45,499 bases of DNA from NCBI GenBank assembly GCA_000708835.1, contig DF237620.1, positions 1 to 45,499 of the forward strand, given 5' to 3'. Every line of letters starts with the position of its first letter. Position 1 is the stretch's first letter. This DNA comes from Klebsormidium nitens (Eukaryota > Plantae > Klebsormidiophyceae). Below, piece after piece: positions 11,101 through 23,100 of the stretch. Under the pieces are notes generated by a model. That model was not told the DNA's origin. It did no database searches and saw only the letters and a program-made list of their open reading frames with translations. Position numbers and translations under genes: made by a program.

Positions 11101-14100
11101 TGGGCTGGCGGCAAGTCCCTAGGTATTTCCGGGTTGAGACAAAGTGTCAAAAATTGTCTTTCTTAGAGCTAGATCAGAGATTTGAGGAACTTTGTATCCG
11201 AAGGAGGGAGCACGGAGACTTCGGGATCTCTTTAAGGGCATAAAAAGATAGGGTTTTGACGGGAGCATAATGCATGTGAAAACGGTGAACATCCTGCTGA
11301 CGCTCGGCGGGGTTTTCAATCTGCAATTGGAATTTCAGTCTGTGTGTGATGCTCAAACCTCTTCGGAGGCGGGAAGTTTAGTGTAGCGGCTCCAAGAAGG
11401 ACGGGCAGCCGATATTGGAATGCAGTACGAAGCGCTGCCATTGACAATCACCTGGCAGGACGATTCCGAAGTGGAAGCGTTCGAGTCGGAGCAAGCAGCT
11501 AAGATTCTCTCGACCTGATCTCCGGAATGCCGGTTCCGAAACCCAAGAAACAGAGGTTCCGGGCAGCGTCTTGGGGTTTTCCCACACACTCCTGAGATTC
11601 GAAGGCTGAGCTTCCTAGAAGAAGTTGAAGGGCGCCGATTGCTCGAGAGGGTTTGCAGGTCTTCAAAACCCTTCAACAACAGTCTCGTAGCAACTCTGTC
11701 CCATCCCTCACCGCGAGCACGATGTTGGCGGTCTCCTGGATCCACTCCAACTGGTTTTAAAGGCTTTCCTCACTGCTGAAACGATATTGGCCGTTCCAAA
11801 ACCCTGGCGACTTAAAGAACCAAATCTCAGAAACCAAGCTAACAACGTTGCGAAGTTTGACTCACTTTTTGGCAATTTGGCAACCCACTTAACCAATTTG
11901 AAGGCTCTCCTCACCGCGAGCACGATGTTAACGGTTCCCAAAGCTTGGCGACTTCAAAACCGGAGCTCGAAAAGTGAGCTATCANNNNNNNNNNNNNNNN
12001 NNNNNNNNNNNNNNNNNNNNNNNNNNNNNNNNNNNNNNNNNNNNNNNNNNNNNNNNNNNNNNNNNNNNNNNNNNNNNNNNNNNNNNNNNNNNNNNNNNNN
12101 NNNNNNNNNNNNNNNNNNNNNNNNNNNNNNNNNNNNNNNNNNNNNNNNNNNNNNNNNNNNNNNNNNNNNNNNNNNNNNNNNNNNNNNNNNNNNNNNNNNN
12201 NNNNNNNNNNNNNNNNNNNNNNNNNNNNNNNNNNNNNNNNNNNNNNNNNNNNNNNNNNNNNNNNNNNNNNNNNNNNNNNNNNNNNNNNNNNNNNNNNNNN
12301 NNNNNNNNNNNNNNNNNNNNNNNNNNNNNNNNNNNNNNNNNNNNNNNNNNNNNNNNNNNNNNNNNNNNNNNNNNNNNNNNNNNNNNNNNNNNNNNNNNNN
12401 NNNNNNNNNNNNNNNNNNNNNNNNNNNNNNNNNNNNNNNNNNNNNNNNNNNNNNNNNNNNNNNNNNNNNNNNNNNNNNNNNNNNNNNNNNNNNNNNNNNN
12501 NNNNNNNNNNNNNNNNNNNNNNNNCGAAAAGTGAGCTATCAATACTGCAACCTCCAACCGTCTTTCCCCAGCCCTTTGCCGACTTAACCAGTCGAACCAT
12601 TCTATATGCTTTCCTCACCGCAAGCACGATGTTGGCGGTCCCCTGGATCCACTCCAGCTGCGGCGACACCGCGTTCATCAGCATCATCCCGGAGTCCTTC
12701 ACTTCCGCATCAATTCGCAACTCCCCCGTCTCCTCAATCTTTTCTTCCAGAATTGCACTGAACGGAAGGCCCTCTTCGTCCCATCGTAACCCGTCCATCA
12801 AGTGGGCGGAAGCGTCGAGAGGCCCCGTCGAGAAGAGGTCGGAGCCGGGGGGGGGAGTTTCTCGGGGGGGTAGCGGAGGGGGCGGCCGCAGCTGAACGCT
12901 GCCCCCCACTTTGACGAAGCCGCCAGGAGTCGAGGGCTCAAGCTGCATGACAAAAAGACTCATGCTGAGTATTTCTGTTTTGTCGAGGCGTTATCGAAGA
13001 CTTCTCCGTGTGGTAAGGTCTTGAAGGCTTGAGATCGTCAGCGGAGACGTATGTGCACCAGAATCTGGCTTTTCTTCCGCAGTTGAGGGTGTGCATGTTA
13101 GCAGAGCCCAGCTTCTCAACCGGAATCAATCTCAGTCATTTGGATCGTAAAGAAACACTCCCGTCGTAAAGTGAGGATGTCATTCTAGCAGACGTGAGAC
13201 TCGACTCAGCAGGCTATCCGCTCTCCTCGTGAGCCAGACATGGGTTCGTGATGTTGATATTGAAGCTGGCATGGACTTCTGTTACACGGACTCAATAGAA
13301 ATTCACAGCATGAATAGAGAAGGACGTAGGTCGCATAACTGATCTACAAGGAACCACAGAATCATCAGGCAGTGCAAAAAGAGTTTTACAAGACTCGCGC
13401 TTTCCAGAGGTGGCGTAGGGTATCAAGCGACACCATAGCTCACCACTGCCGACAGCTCGAGCCGCTGCGTCGCCGCGAGGCTCGCGTTCAGCTCCGCTTT
13501 CGACAGGCCTACCCCCCCAAACGCGCCGTCCAGCAACCGCGCCTTCACTTCACACTGCGGCTTCCGCAGAGTCCCGTACAAATCGCCCTCCATGTGCAAA
13601 TCGCCCCTCAGTTTCCATTGGGGCATAGCGGCCTGTTCCGTTTCCGGTGTGGCGGAAGACGCTTTCACGGCTTGGAGCAGCGGCGGAACTAGACCGACGG
13701 GAAAGTTGAGCAGTGCGAAGTGGAGGTTGTTCTTGTCGGACGGCGGGTGCGGCTCTCCGGGGGGGTGGATTGAGGTGCGTGGGGACCCCCCCATCATGTA
13801 GCCCAGGTCGGAGATGGTGCCGTCGGCGTGCAGGGAGGCGGTGTCGAGCTGGATGAAGAAACGGTCTACTCGGAGCCCGTGTTCTTCGGTGTACCTGGGT
13901 CAAGAAAGGATCTGGTTCTACAACCATTCACGGGAGTGCTTGTGGCACGTCAATAAGTCCCGTCGATAATATCAGCCAGTAAATCGATTTATCAAAGCCC
14001 ACAAGCCATGTTCTTTTTGCAAACTAAAGAGATTTAAGTGTCTTACTTACAAGACGAGAGGGAGTGGTCCCTTTCGAAAGTAAGGCTGGTCGTTTCCCCT

Positions 14101-17100
14101 CTCGTTTGTCAGGCTTCAGGCAGGATCAGTCAGAATATCCACACCCTCGTAGCGACCGCGTCTTGCAACTAGTGCTTCTCTGGATCCCCTTGTCGCAATT
14201 CTCCTGCTCGCTTAAAGTTTCATCCACCCAACAAAGCACTCCAATTTGATCAACGAATCACTTTGATCCAATCAACACTCGTTTGTCAGTCTAGCGGCTT
14301 TCTCACCCCCCCGTAATGACCCACGTCCTGATCTGTACAACCCAAGTCCCTGTAAAGACGGAAGCCGCTCTCCTGCACGCGTGAAAATCCGCTTTCATCC
14401 AATCGACAACCCCCCCTCAAACAAGGAGGATTCTCACCCCCCCGTGGTGACGACGTCCTGCATCTTGTAGATGCCCCACTCCCAATTTGCCCCCCGCAGG
14501 TCAAACTTGGCGACGGTCTCTCCGCTCCCTCCCCCGCTCGCTTCCACGCTCCCGTACCACAGCCCCTTGAGCTCCGCCAAACCCGGAAGAGGTACCTCCT
14601 CGGACAGGTCCGCCTGCGACAGGTCCGGCGGTTCGTCGTCGTCCTTGCCTTTGGAAGCGAGCGTCTGTAGAAACGAGCAGGAAAAGCGGTTGCGGACTAT
14701 TTTTCGGCGGTGATAAGGCGGATTTTCTTTTGTCATAGTACAGATTCTTTAGCTCCCTCGAATCCGGAAGAGGTACCTCCTCGGACAGGTCCGCCTGCGA
14801 CAGGTCGGGGGGTTCGTCGTCGTCCTTGCCTTTGGAGGCGAGCGTCTGTATACTCGAGCAGGAAAAGCGTTTGCGAGCTGATATTGCGGCGGTGATAAGG
14901 TGCAGGATTGTTTCGAAATAGTGTAGATCCTTGAGCTCCGCCAAACCTGGAAGAGGAACCTTTTCGAAGAGGTCCGCCTGGGGAAAGTGGGGGGGTTTAA
15001 CGTCGTCTTGCCGTTGGAAGCAAGCGTCTGTAGAAACAAGCAGGAAGTGTATGAGCAGGAAGTTTATGAGCAGGAAGTGCATTTGCGAACCATTGTGAGG
15101 CGGAGATAAGTCCGCAAAGTAGTTTCAGAGGAGAACGAATCCTCGGAAGCGATACTTCCTCATAAATATCCGCCTGGGACAGGTCGGGAGGTTCGTCGTC
15201 GTCCTTGCCTTTGAAAGCGAGCGTCTGGCGAAAAGAGCAAGAAGATAGTTGGTGGAGAATCGTGATATAAGGTCGTCTCGAAAAGAAGGAAGGAGGTTGT
15301 CCAACAGCACGATGCCAGAAACCCCGGAAGAGGTACCTCCTCAGAGAATCAGAGAGGTCCGTTTGGGAAAGGTCTGAGGGCTCGTCGTTGTCCTTGCCTT
15401 GGAACGCGAGCGTCTGTACAAACGAGCAAGAAGGGCGTTCGTCAAGCAATCGTAACAGAAACTTGAGTGTTAGATCGGGGGTCCGTCGTCCTCCCTGTAA
15501 TTTGAGGCAAGCGTGTCAAAAGAAGCGGAAAGGTATTTTGCCAACCATTGCGGGACGAAATTGAGACGAAGGGTCGCTGGATTAGAAGAGGAGGTGTTTG
15601 TTGAGTCAAGACGAGAATAAGGAGCGTCTCTGTTGAGAGTAGAAGTAGAGCAGCTCGGGAGGCTTAGGAACAGCCGCATACCTTCAAATCAGTGGGAAGG
15701 TCGGAGCAGACTGCCTGGCAAAGAAAGAACTTTTAAGTACTACAACGAGCCAAAGAAAGCAGCACATATTCCAGTCGTAATTAGCCCACCGGCAGCTGTT
15801 CCATGAGCGAGTCCACCACGAAGCCGCAGCTGGAGACGGCCGTTTTCCAGACAATATAGCGCTGAAGGTCACAAGATAAGTGTAACGCGTGAATTAGGCA
15901 ATCATGAGACAAAAGGCATGTGATAATAGCCTTTCTCCTTACTTGCAGCTGTTCCGTCAGCGACTCCGCGACGAAGCCGCAACTAGAGACGGCGTCCATG
16001 AAGAATTCCTTGGAGCGGTACGCGACCTCCGGGTCCTTGGACTGCGACAGGATGCGCGTCGCGGGGAGCATCTCGGTGAGGTCAGCACGCGGCACGTCCA
16101 GCTTCACGCGCCACCGCCCCGTCTTCATGTTGCTCAGCTGCAAGCGACAATTACTGACGTCAGCACAATTCTAGTGATGACGTCAGCCAGAATCTACTTA
16201 CTGACGTCTGCCTTTTAGCATCTCCGTGAGGTCAGCGCGCAGCACGTCCAGCTTGACACGCCACCGCCTGTCTTCATGTTGCTCAGCATAACGTATAACT
16301 GACGTCAGCTGGTTTCCACTGCTGAAGTCAGCCGATTACCAAATGAGAATGCGCGTTGCGGGGTACAATTCTGCGGGGTCCGCATGCGGCACGTCCGGTT
16401 TCACGCGCCAAAGGCCCGTCTTCATTTTTCTCAGCTATAGAAATATCTGCTGACGTCAGCCGACTTTCGCCATAGACGTCAGCCAAATCTAAGCATCTCC
16501 GCGACCTCCGTGCACGGACGTCCAGAGTCGCAAGCCACTCCCCTGTCTTTATGATGCTCAGCTGCGCAAATCAATTAGAAAATGGGCGCGGTTTCTGCCA
16601 TTGCTCAGGCACCGACGCTCCGAACTCCGTCTTCTGTTCCGAGCCCGTTTTCATGGCTCCCTGTTCGACAAAAAGGAAAATCTTGCGACTCTTTCAACAG
16701 AGGGGCAGTCAGCACGTCAGCGGAAGACTGGAACGGAATCTCGCTTCGGCTGCGGCTGTGGCGATCATGATCGTGCAGACACTCTAGACACTGCACCTGC
16801 CGCAAGGGGCTGCCGCGTTTGTCAGGACCAAGTACTACCATTCTAGGAGGCTGCACGTGCCAACCCAAAGTTCCCCGGATCTCACGTAGTACACTTACTT
16901 CTTACCATGACATATGAACCCGTGAAGAGACTCATGACCATACGAGCAGCGAAGCAGCACCAGTACAGACCGCACGAAAGAAAGGAGAGCCGTCTTAGAA
17001 GAACCCTCTAACGCTGAAGTGTATGGTTGTTATCTCGAATGAAGAAAGCGGCGCTGCTTGTCAAACTTCGTACCAGCAGACCCGCTCGAAAGAAAAGGGA

Positions 17101-20100
17101 GTCGTCTTAGTAAAAGAGCCCTCTAGTGCATATGGTTGTTGTCCTGTATAGAGAAAGCGGCGCCTGCTTGTCGCCTCACCTTGGCCGCCGCTGAGACGAT
17201 GGTGTCTTCCGGCGCAAACCGCGAGCCCTCCCCCGGGAGGACGTACTCCATTTGCACATCATAGCGACTGTGCGCCTGGTTGAGGGCCAGCTTCTCGAGC
17301 GTCACCTGAAAGGAAAGAATGGGTTGAAGTCCGCAGATTCACCACTTTTCTTGTATTACAAGTTGATTCGGAACCCCTCTTTGTTTCTGCTCCGGGACCT
17401 CAATCAGGGCCAGCTTCTCAAGCGTCACCTGGAGCAAAAGAAAAGGAGAAGCTCAACAGCTGTACGAGATGATGCACTATACAGGCTTCCTCTCATCTTT
17501 AGAACTTGACGGGCGCGCAAATATGTGCCCCCTTTTAGCTTCTTCAATTCATGCTCTGGGTGCGCAGTCTAAGAGTTGAGGGCCGGCATAGCGTCACGGA
17601 AAGAACGGAAGCGGGACATTATCCGATGCAGAAGTCGTTCTTCGTCTTGCCCTGGCTTCTCCTTCTTTGTATTGACACCTTTTCTGCTTCTCTCCTTGAG
17701 CATGTCCGAGTGAGTCCGGACGGTTGTCAAACCGAAGATTGACGAAAAGTCAATCAACCTTTGTTGTTACCTCGAACCCCGCTTTGGACCCTTACTTCAA
17801 GAGTCGCACTACCGTTTATGTTTAACGCAGATTGGAATACTTTCAAGTCTGCAATGTTAACGCCGTCTTTTACACGCTTCGTTAATTAACAAGCACCTTG
17901 TATTGACCATCTCGAGGCGGATGGTTTGCTGTCGGCGGCTTGGCTTGGGTTAACTTCGGTGTTAGGCGTGTGAGCTCAGAAGAAGATCAACGACAGCGCA
18001 GGAAGGGGTGGGTTGAGTTGGGGGTGTAAAGTTACGGTACAGGTATTCGACTTCAAAACAGGTTCACACGATATTTGCCCTGCCGAAAAATAAAATTATT
18101 ATTAAGGGCGATAATGGAACTTTTTAGCAGGCGACTCTTGGTCTGCCGAGAGGGTCAAAAAATTTCATCACCGATTATTCGGCATCGAAGATTCACAAAG
18201 CAAAAAGTAAGACGGTAGTCAATTCGGGCAGGAACCTTTCTTTTTCAAAATCGGTCGACCTATGATTTTCCTCTATCTGGACCTTTTCCTCTAACGCGGA
18301 TTCCGGCTCACCACGTCGCCCGACCACCGAAGCTTTCCTTCGAGGACCTCGCCCTTGAGCCCGCTGAACTTGGGCCGCTTGAATAGCACGTAGCCCTGGC
18401 CCTTCTTCCGCTGGAAATTGATGTTCAGGTCGACCTGCGCATCAGGGGGACCGCGGATCCACTACAGCACCTTGAAACTTCCTTTTCTTTGCGCGTTGAT
18501 TTTTCGGGTTACTTGCTCCATTGAAAGCTTCGCCAAAAACGAGTGCCGTCTGCAAAGCTTTGGGCAGCGTTCCTCACATCGAATCCCTGTGGAAAGCCAA
18601 GGAAAGGTGCAGGTTACTGTTCCGAAAGGCGAAATGCGCTTCTGCGAAGCTCCAGTATAGGACTGAACCATCGTTCACCCGTTCGCCGTTCCCCTGTAAG
18701 AGTCGCCAGCTCCTGTTCGCATGTACAGCCGCCTCATGCGCGGCTTGAACCCGAAACTTTTCGTTGGTCATGAGAGCAAAGGCCGCGCTTTCTCATCCCG
18801 CCGGTTCTCTCAGGACAAAGAGGCCGTATTCACACAATTCGTGGATACGCCAGCATTAAGTTCCGTCCAGCGGCAGGTGCTACACTTCAGGCCGAAACGT
18901 TTCGTCAAAACTAAGGGCAGACCCGCGCTCCTTTCGGCGCACTTCTTCAAGCCAGTCAAAATTTCTCACCCTCTCGACGTTTCCTCGAAGAGACGCCAGC
19001 TCTAGTTCGTCCAGCGGCAGGTGCTGCACTTCCAGCCGACTCATGCCCGGCCTGAACTTCAGATCAGTCCGGATCTGTCCGCGCCGCCACGAGAAGTCCA
19101 CCGCGCTAGCTTCGGACGCCGAAACGCCGTCCGCGCCTGGGCGCGCCGTGACGTCTAGCTTCAAGTGCTCGTCTTGCCGACCGCTCGTATTCAGCTGCAG
19201 GCAAATGCCGGAGTTACAGACACGTTACCTGACTCAGGAAAACAAAGAGTCGCTGGAGAATGGACGCAACCCGTCTCGCTTCGGACGCCAAAACGCTGTC
19301 CGCGCCGCAACGTCTAGCTTCAAGTGCTCGTCGTGGCGATCGCTTGTATTCAAGTGTATCAGTTAAAGCAAATGATTACATGTTTTCGTTCATCTTTTGT
19401 CAAAAGAGATATACGTGCGCGCAGTCCTCGTTTCATACAGTCGTGATGTCCCCGCCCGGCCCCGCTGCGACATCTAGCTTCATTGTTCGTCTTGGCGACC
19501 GCTTGTGTTCAGCTGCAAATGAATGCACGAAGTTACAGACTCAAATCCAAGATCCGGATAAACGGAAAATCGCTGGAGAATGGACGCCGAACGTCTCGCT
19601 TCGGACGCCGAAACGCTGTCCACGCTGTGATGTCTAGCTTCGAGTGCTCGTCTTGGCAACCCCTCGTCTTCAACTGTCCAACCAAACCAATGCGCGGAAT
19701 CACATACTTGAATCCTTACTTTGAAGAAGGGAAGTCTAGGACTTTCAGAGAATGGATGCAGAACGTCTCGCTTCGGACGCCGGAACGCCGTCCGCACCAG
19801 AGCGGGCCGCGACGTCTAGCTTCAAGTGCTCGTCTTGGCGACCGCTTGTGTTGAATTGTATAACTCTTCAAGTAAAAGAGTTCTTCTTAGCCTGCTGCGC
19901 GCAGAACAAGCACCCAAAAAGAAAGGGTACAATCCCCTGTCCTGTAATTGATCACTCCGTCCGCGCCCGGCTATGGAGTCTAGCTGAAGTGCTCGTCTCT
20001 GCGCCCGCTTGGATCCAATAGGAAGGAAAAGGAATGTAGGCAATGCATTTCTTTCGTCGCGAGGAAGATGATGGGTTATTTGCGAGGGGTTTCCAGGCTT

Positions 20101-23100
20101 CCGAGTTCGGACGAAGTAACTGGTCCGCACCCAGCGGAGGCGCGCAATTTAGCTTCCACTGCTCGTATTTGGCGAACCCCCAAGGTCGACAGAAGCGGTT
20201 TGACCAAAATTTAAGCTTATCTCCTTCTGTCATTCTGATTCTCTTGCTAAAAGTGGAAAGATGCGTTGACTATCGTGGGTGAAGGTCCTTGCATGAGAGA
20301 CTGGTACGATGTCAAAAGCAACGGCTTACCTGCAACCCCGAGGGTGTGACGTCCAGCGTCCCGCTCAACTGTTGAGCGATCAACAGTTGGTTCAACTTTA
20401 TGTTGCTCAGTGCGATGTCCCCGCTCAGGCCCGGCAGTTCCGGCATGCCCCGGGACGTGGCGGCTCCTGTCAGCTGGGGGGCGACCTTACCGGAGAACTT
20501 GACGCGGCCAGTGGTCTGCAAACGGGGGATCACTGCATTACGCCGCAAGCTCAGCAAACTTCCTGCTCCCAGATCCTACTCACAGACGCTCTTTCCAGAA
20601 TGACGATTGTCATCTTGAATGTGCTGAAACTCGGGCGCTCCATGCGCTCTTCCCCCACATCTCGTGTGCCGATGAAGACGATACTCGACAGACCCAACGA
20701 AAACTGTTGACGTGAATTGACGACTTGCCAAGAGACCAGATGCAAAGCACAACAAGATGCTTTGTTTGCAGGTATAGTATCCGTCCCGTTTAGTGCACAC
20801 CCACCCGAAGATGGAGGTTCTCTGGTGACGGGGGCGGAGGGGGAGTGCTCTGGTCTTCCGCCAGGCCCACAAGGTCAAAGCCCTTCAGCCGCAAGTCTAG
20901 CTCGCAGCCCTGCAGCAACAGAGATTTTCGACTTAAACATTGTCTAGCGCCTCACTAGCCTTTCATCTGATGGACATGCGCGAGAAGTGAAGCAACGCGG
21001 AAAGAAAGTGCACGCAGGCTTCCGACAAAACAGAGCTTGGGAAACAACCAAAGCTTTCAAACAGATATCCAGCGGACGGATGAGCAGTCCGCGTTGGCTG
21101 CCCCAAAAGATTTACACGATTCCAAGACTACCGGACAAATGTCAAAGAAACCACTTGCTTAAAGCCCGTCTCAATCCAGACGACCTTTTAGCACACAGAC
21201 AACGGTTCCCGGTTTCGGGAGAATGCCACAATCTGCGCACCTCCAGATGCAACGTCACACAGAAATGAACTGAATTTTTGAAAGCAAGTCGATCCAGCTC
21301 TCACCTCAATGACTGGCTTCGGCTTCGCTTCCTGGCGTTCCCTCTTCTTGAAAAGCCTTCCGTCATACGGCCAGCAATCTTTGGATCCACAGAAAGCCCA
21401 TAACGCAGATCTTCAGAAGCACGACTACACAAAGCTGATGTCAGCAGATCAGAGTTCCGGTCCTCACCTCAGTGACTGTCTTCGATTCCGCTTCCACCCG
21501 GACTCTCTCCTCCTCACGGCGGGCAATCCTTGCTTCCAAAGTAGGCGAAAAGCAAGAAGCAAAACCACACAAGCTTATGGCAGCAGAGAGTTCCGACTCT
21601 CACCTCAATAACTGGGTTCGACTCCGCTTCCACCCGGGCTCTCTCCCAACCTTCTGCCACACGGCCGGCAATCCTCGGTTCCAAAGAAGGCAAAAACTCA
21701 GAAGCAAGACCACCCAACGCTTATGGCAGCAGAATACAAATACGCTCCTACCTCGATAATCGGCTTCGATTCCGCTTCCACCCGGGCTCTCTCCTCCTTA
21801 CTCAGCTTCCAGTACTCGGCGGTTGGGACCGGCTCGGGAGATGACGTGTGCACCGTCGCGGCGAGGTCGAACGTCGGTGCACTCCCGCTTAACCGGATCG
21901 CCTCTTTGGAGATTCGGAGGTGGCCTTGAGCGCCGTCCAGTGAGCCGCTCGCTTCGGGGGCTGTCCAGTCCATGTCGATAACCCTGCATAACAAGTTAGG
22001 GTTTTGTGGTTTATCGAACGTTAGGATCTTATGAAATATTTACCATCTATGAGTTTAGCCCTGTTTAGGGTAGGTTTCCAGGGTTCAAGGTTTAGGATGT
22101 AAAGCGAACGGAGGATTTGTCGAAAATGGTCGAAAGCCGCTGGCTTTGGGGCCCGTCTGTTTCATGGTCAATGGAAGGCTAGAAGAAAGCGTAGGCGGAG
22201 TTGCTCCAAGACAGCACTGTTTCTCTCGGATTCACAAGGTACGCCTCTTTGCAAACGAACGTTTTTCTGCCGCTGTTCAGATCGAGGACATAAGCACGAC
22301 GATGCAGCAAGTGCTGCGGACGCTCGTCGCTATAAATCACTTCTTTACAATGCCAGATTGCACACAGTTTAGAGGAGCAAAGCCAGACTGTCAAAAGCAT
22401 TGCCCAAGCAACCTCCTTCAACTTTTTTTTGGACCAAGACTGATCGTCGTTCTCTTGGGCTGACGTCACCTTGATCTTGAACCTGAGCGTAAAACTGAGG
22501 AGCAATCAACCAGAACATGATCGAAATCAGAGGCTAACTTACGGCGCTGAAATGGACCCCCTGAATCTCGCCTCCCCTTTCATGCGCCCGAAGCTCACGG
22601 GCGGCGGTTGCGTCCCCTCGGGGATGTAACGCAGAATTATTGAGTCTGCGGGGACTGCGGTCGCCTCGCCTTTGACATCCACTGCGTTTGGATCGACCTC
22701 GCCCTGCAAAGCAACGAACATTGTACTGCTGAATCAATGTTCCAAGGCACTACGATCACGTGTTTGTGGCGTCTTTGTTTTCAAGGCATGAGAATGTAAC
22801 AGGAAGAAAAATGACGGTAACGATGTGATAGATTGAACAAAACCGTGCGACAAGTGCAATCTCGTGAGCACAGCCAGAATAGTGTTTTGTAAGAATCAAG
22901 GCGGACGTTCAGCTTAGAGAAAGCGCTGCCAAGAATCGTTACCCCGAGCAAAGAGTGCTCTCGATTCGACCCTGACCAAGGCGTCACTATTCAGAGACCT
23001 GCTCATTCTCAGTTGACTAGTACCGTAGGCTTCTTCCATGGAGTACCGATAGTAGACAGTCAATATTAATCCAACAATCGTTAAGTACCAAAAGAGCTGG

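Noticed and set aside
11787-12587. Long ORFs containing X runs
   Set aside because: Artefacts of translating through the N gap.
14501-15449. Treating echo ORFs (14501-15082, 14749-15039, 14997-15449) as extra TIC236 exons or a second gene
   Set aside because: They lack downstream donors in a usable frame, contain frameshifts and stops, and the protein is complete and colinear with TIC236 without them.
14740-20185. Regularly spaced repeats (14.7-15.5 kb, 19.3-20.2 kb) as CRISPR-like arrays
   Set aside because: Units are long, degenerate copies of adjacent exon ends with related spacers; eukaryotic context and no cas genes.
21990-22100. Degenerate TTTAGGG/AAACCCT-like runs (also 6350-6500)
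   Set aside because: Too degenerate to call interstitial telomere; compatible with ordinary intron/branch-point composition.
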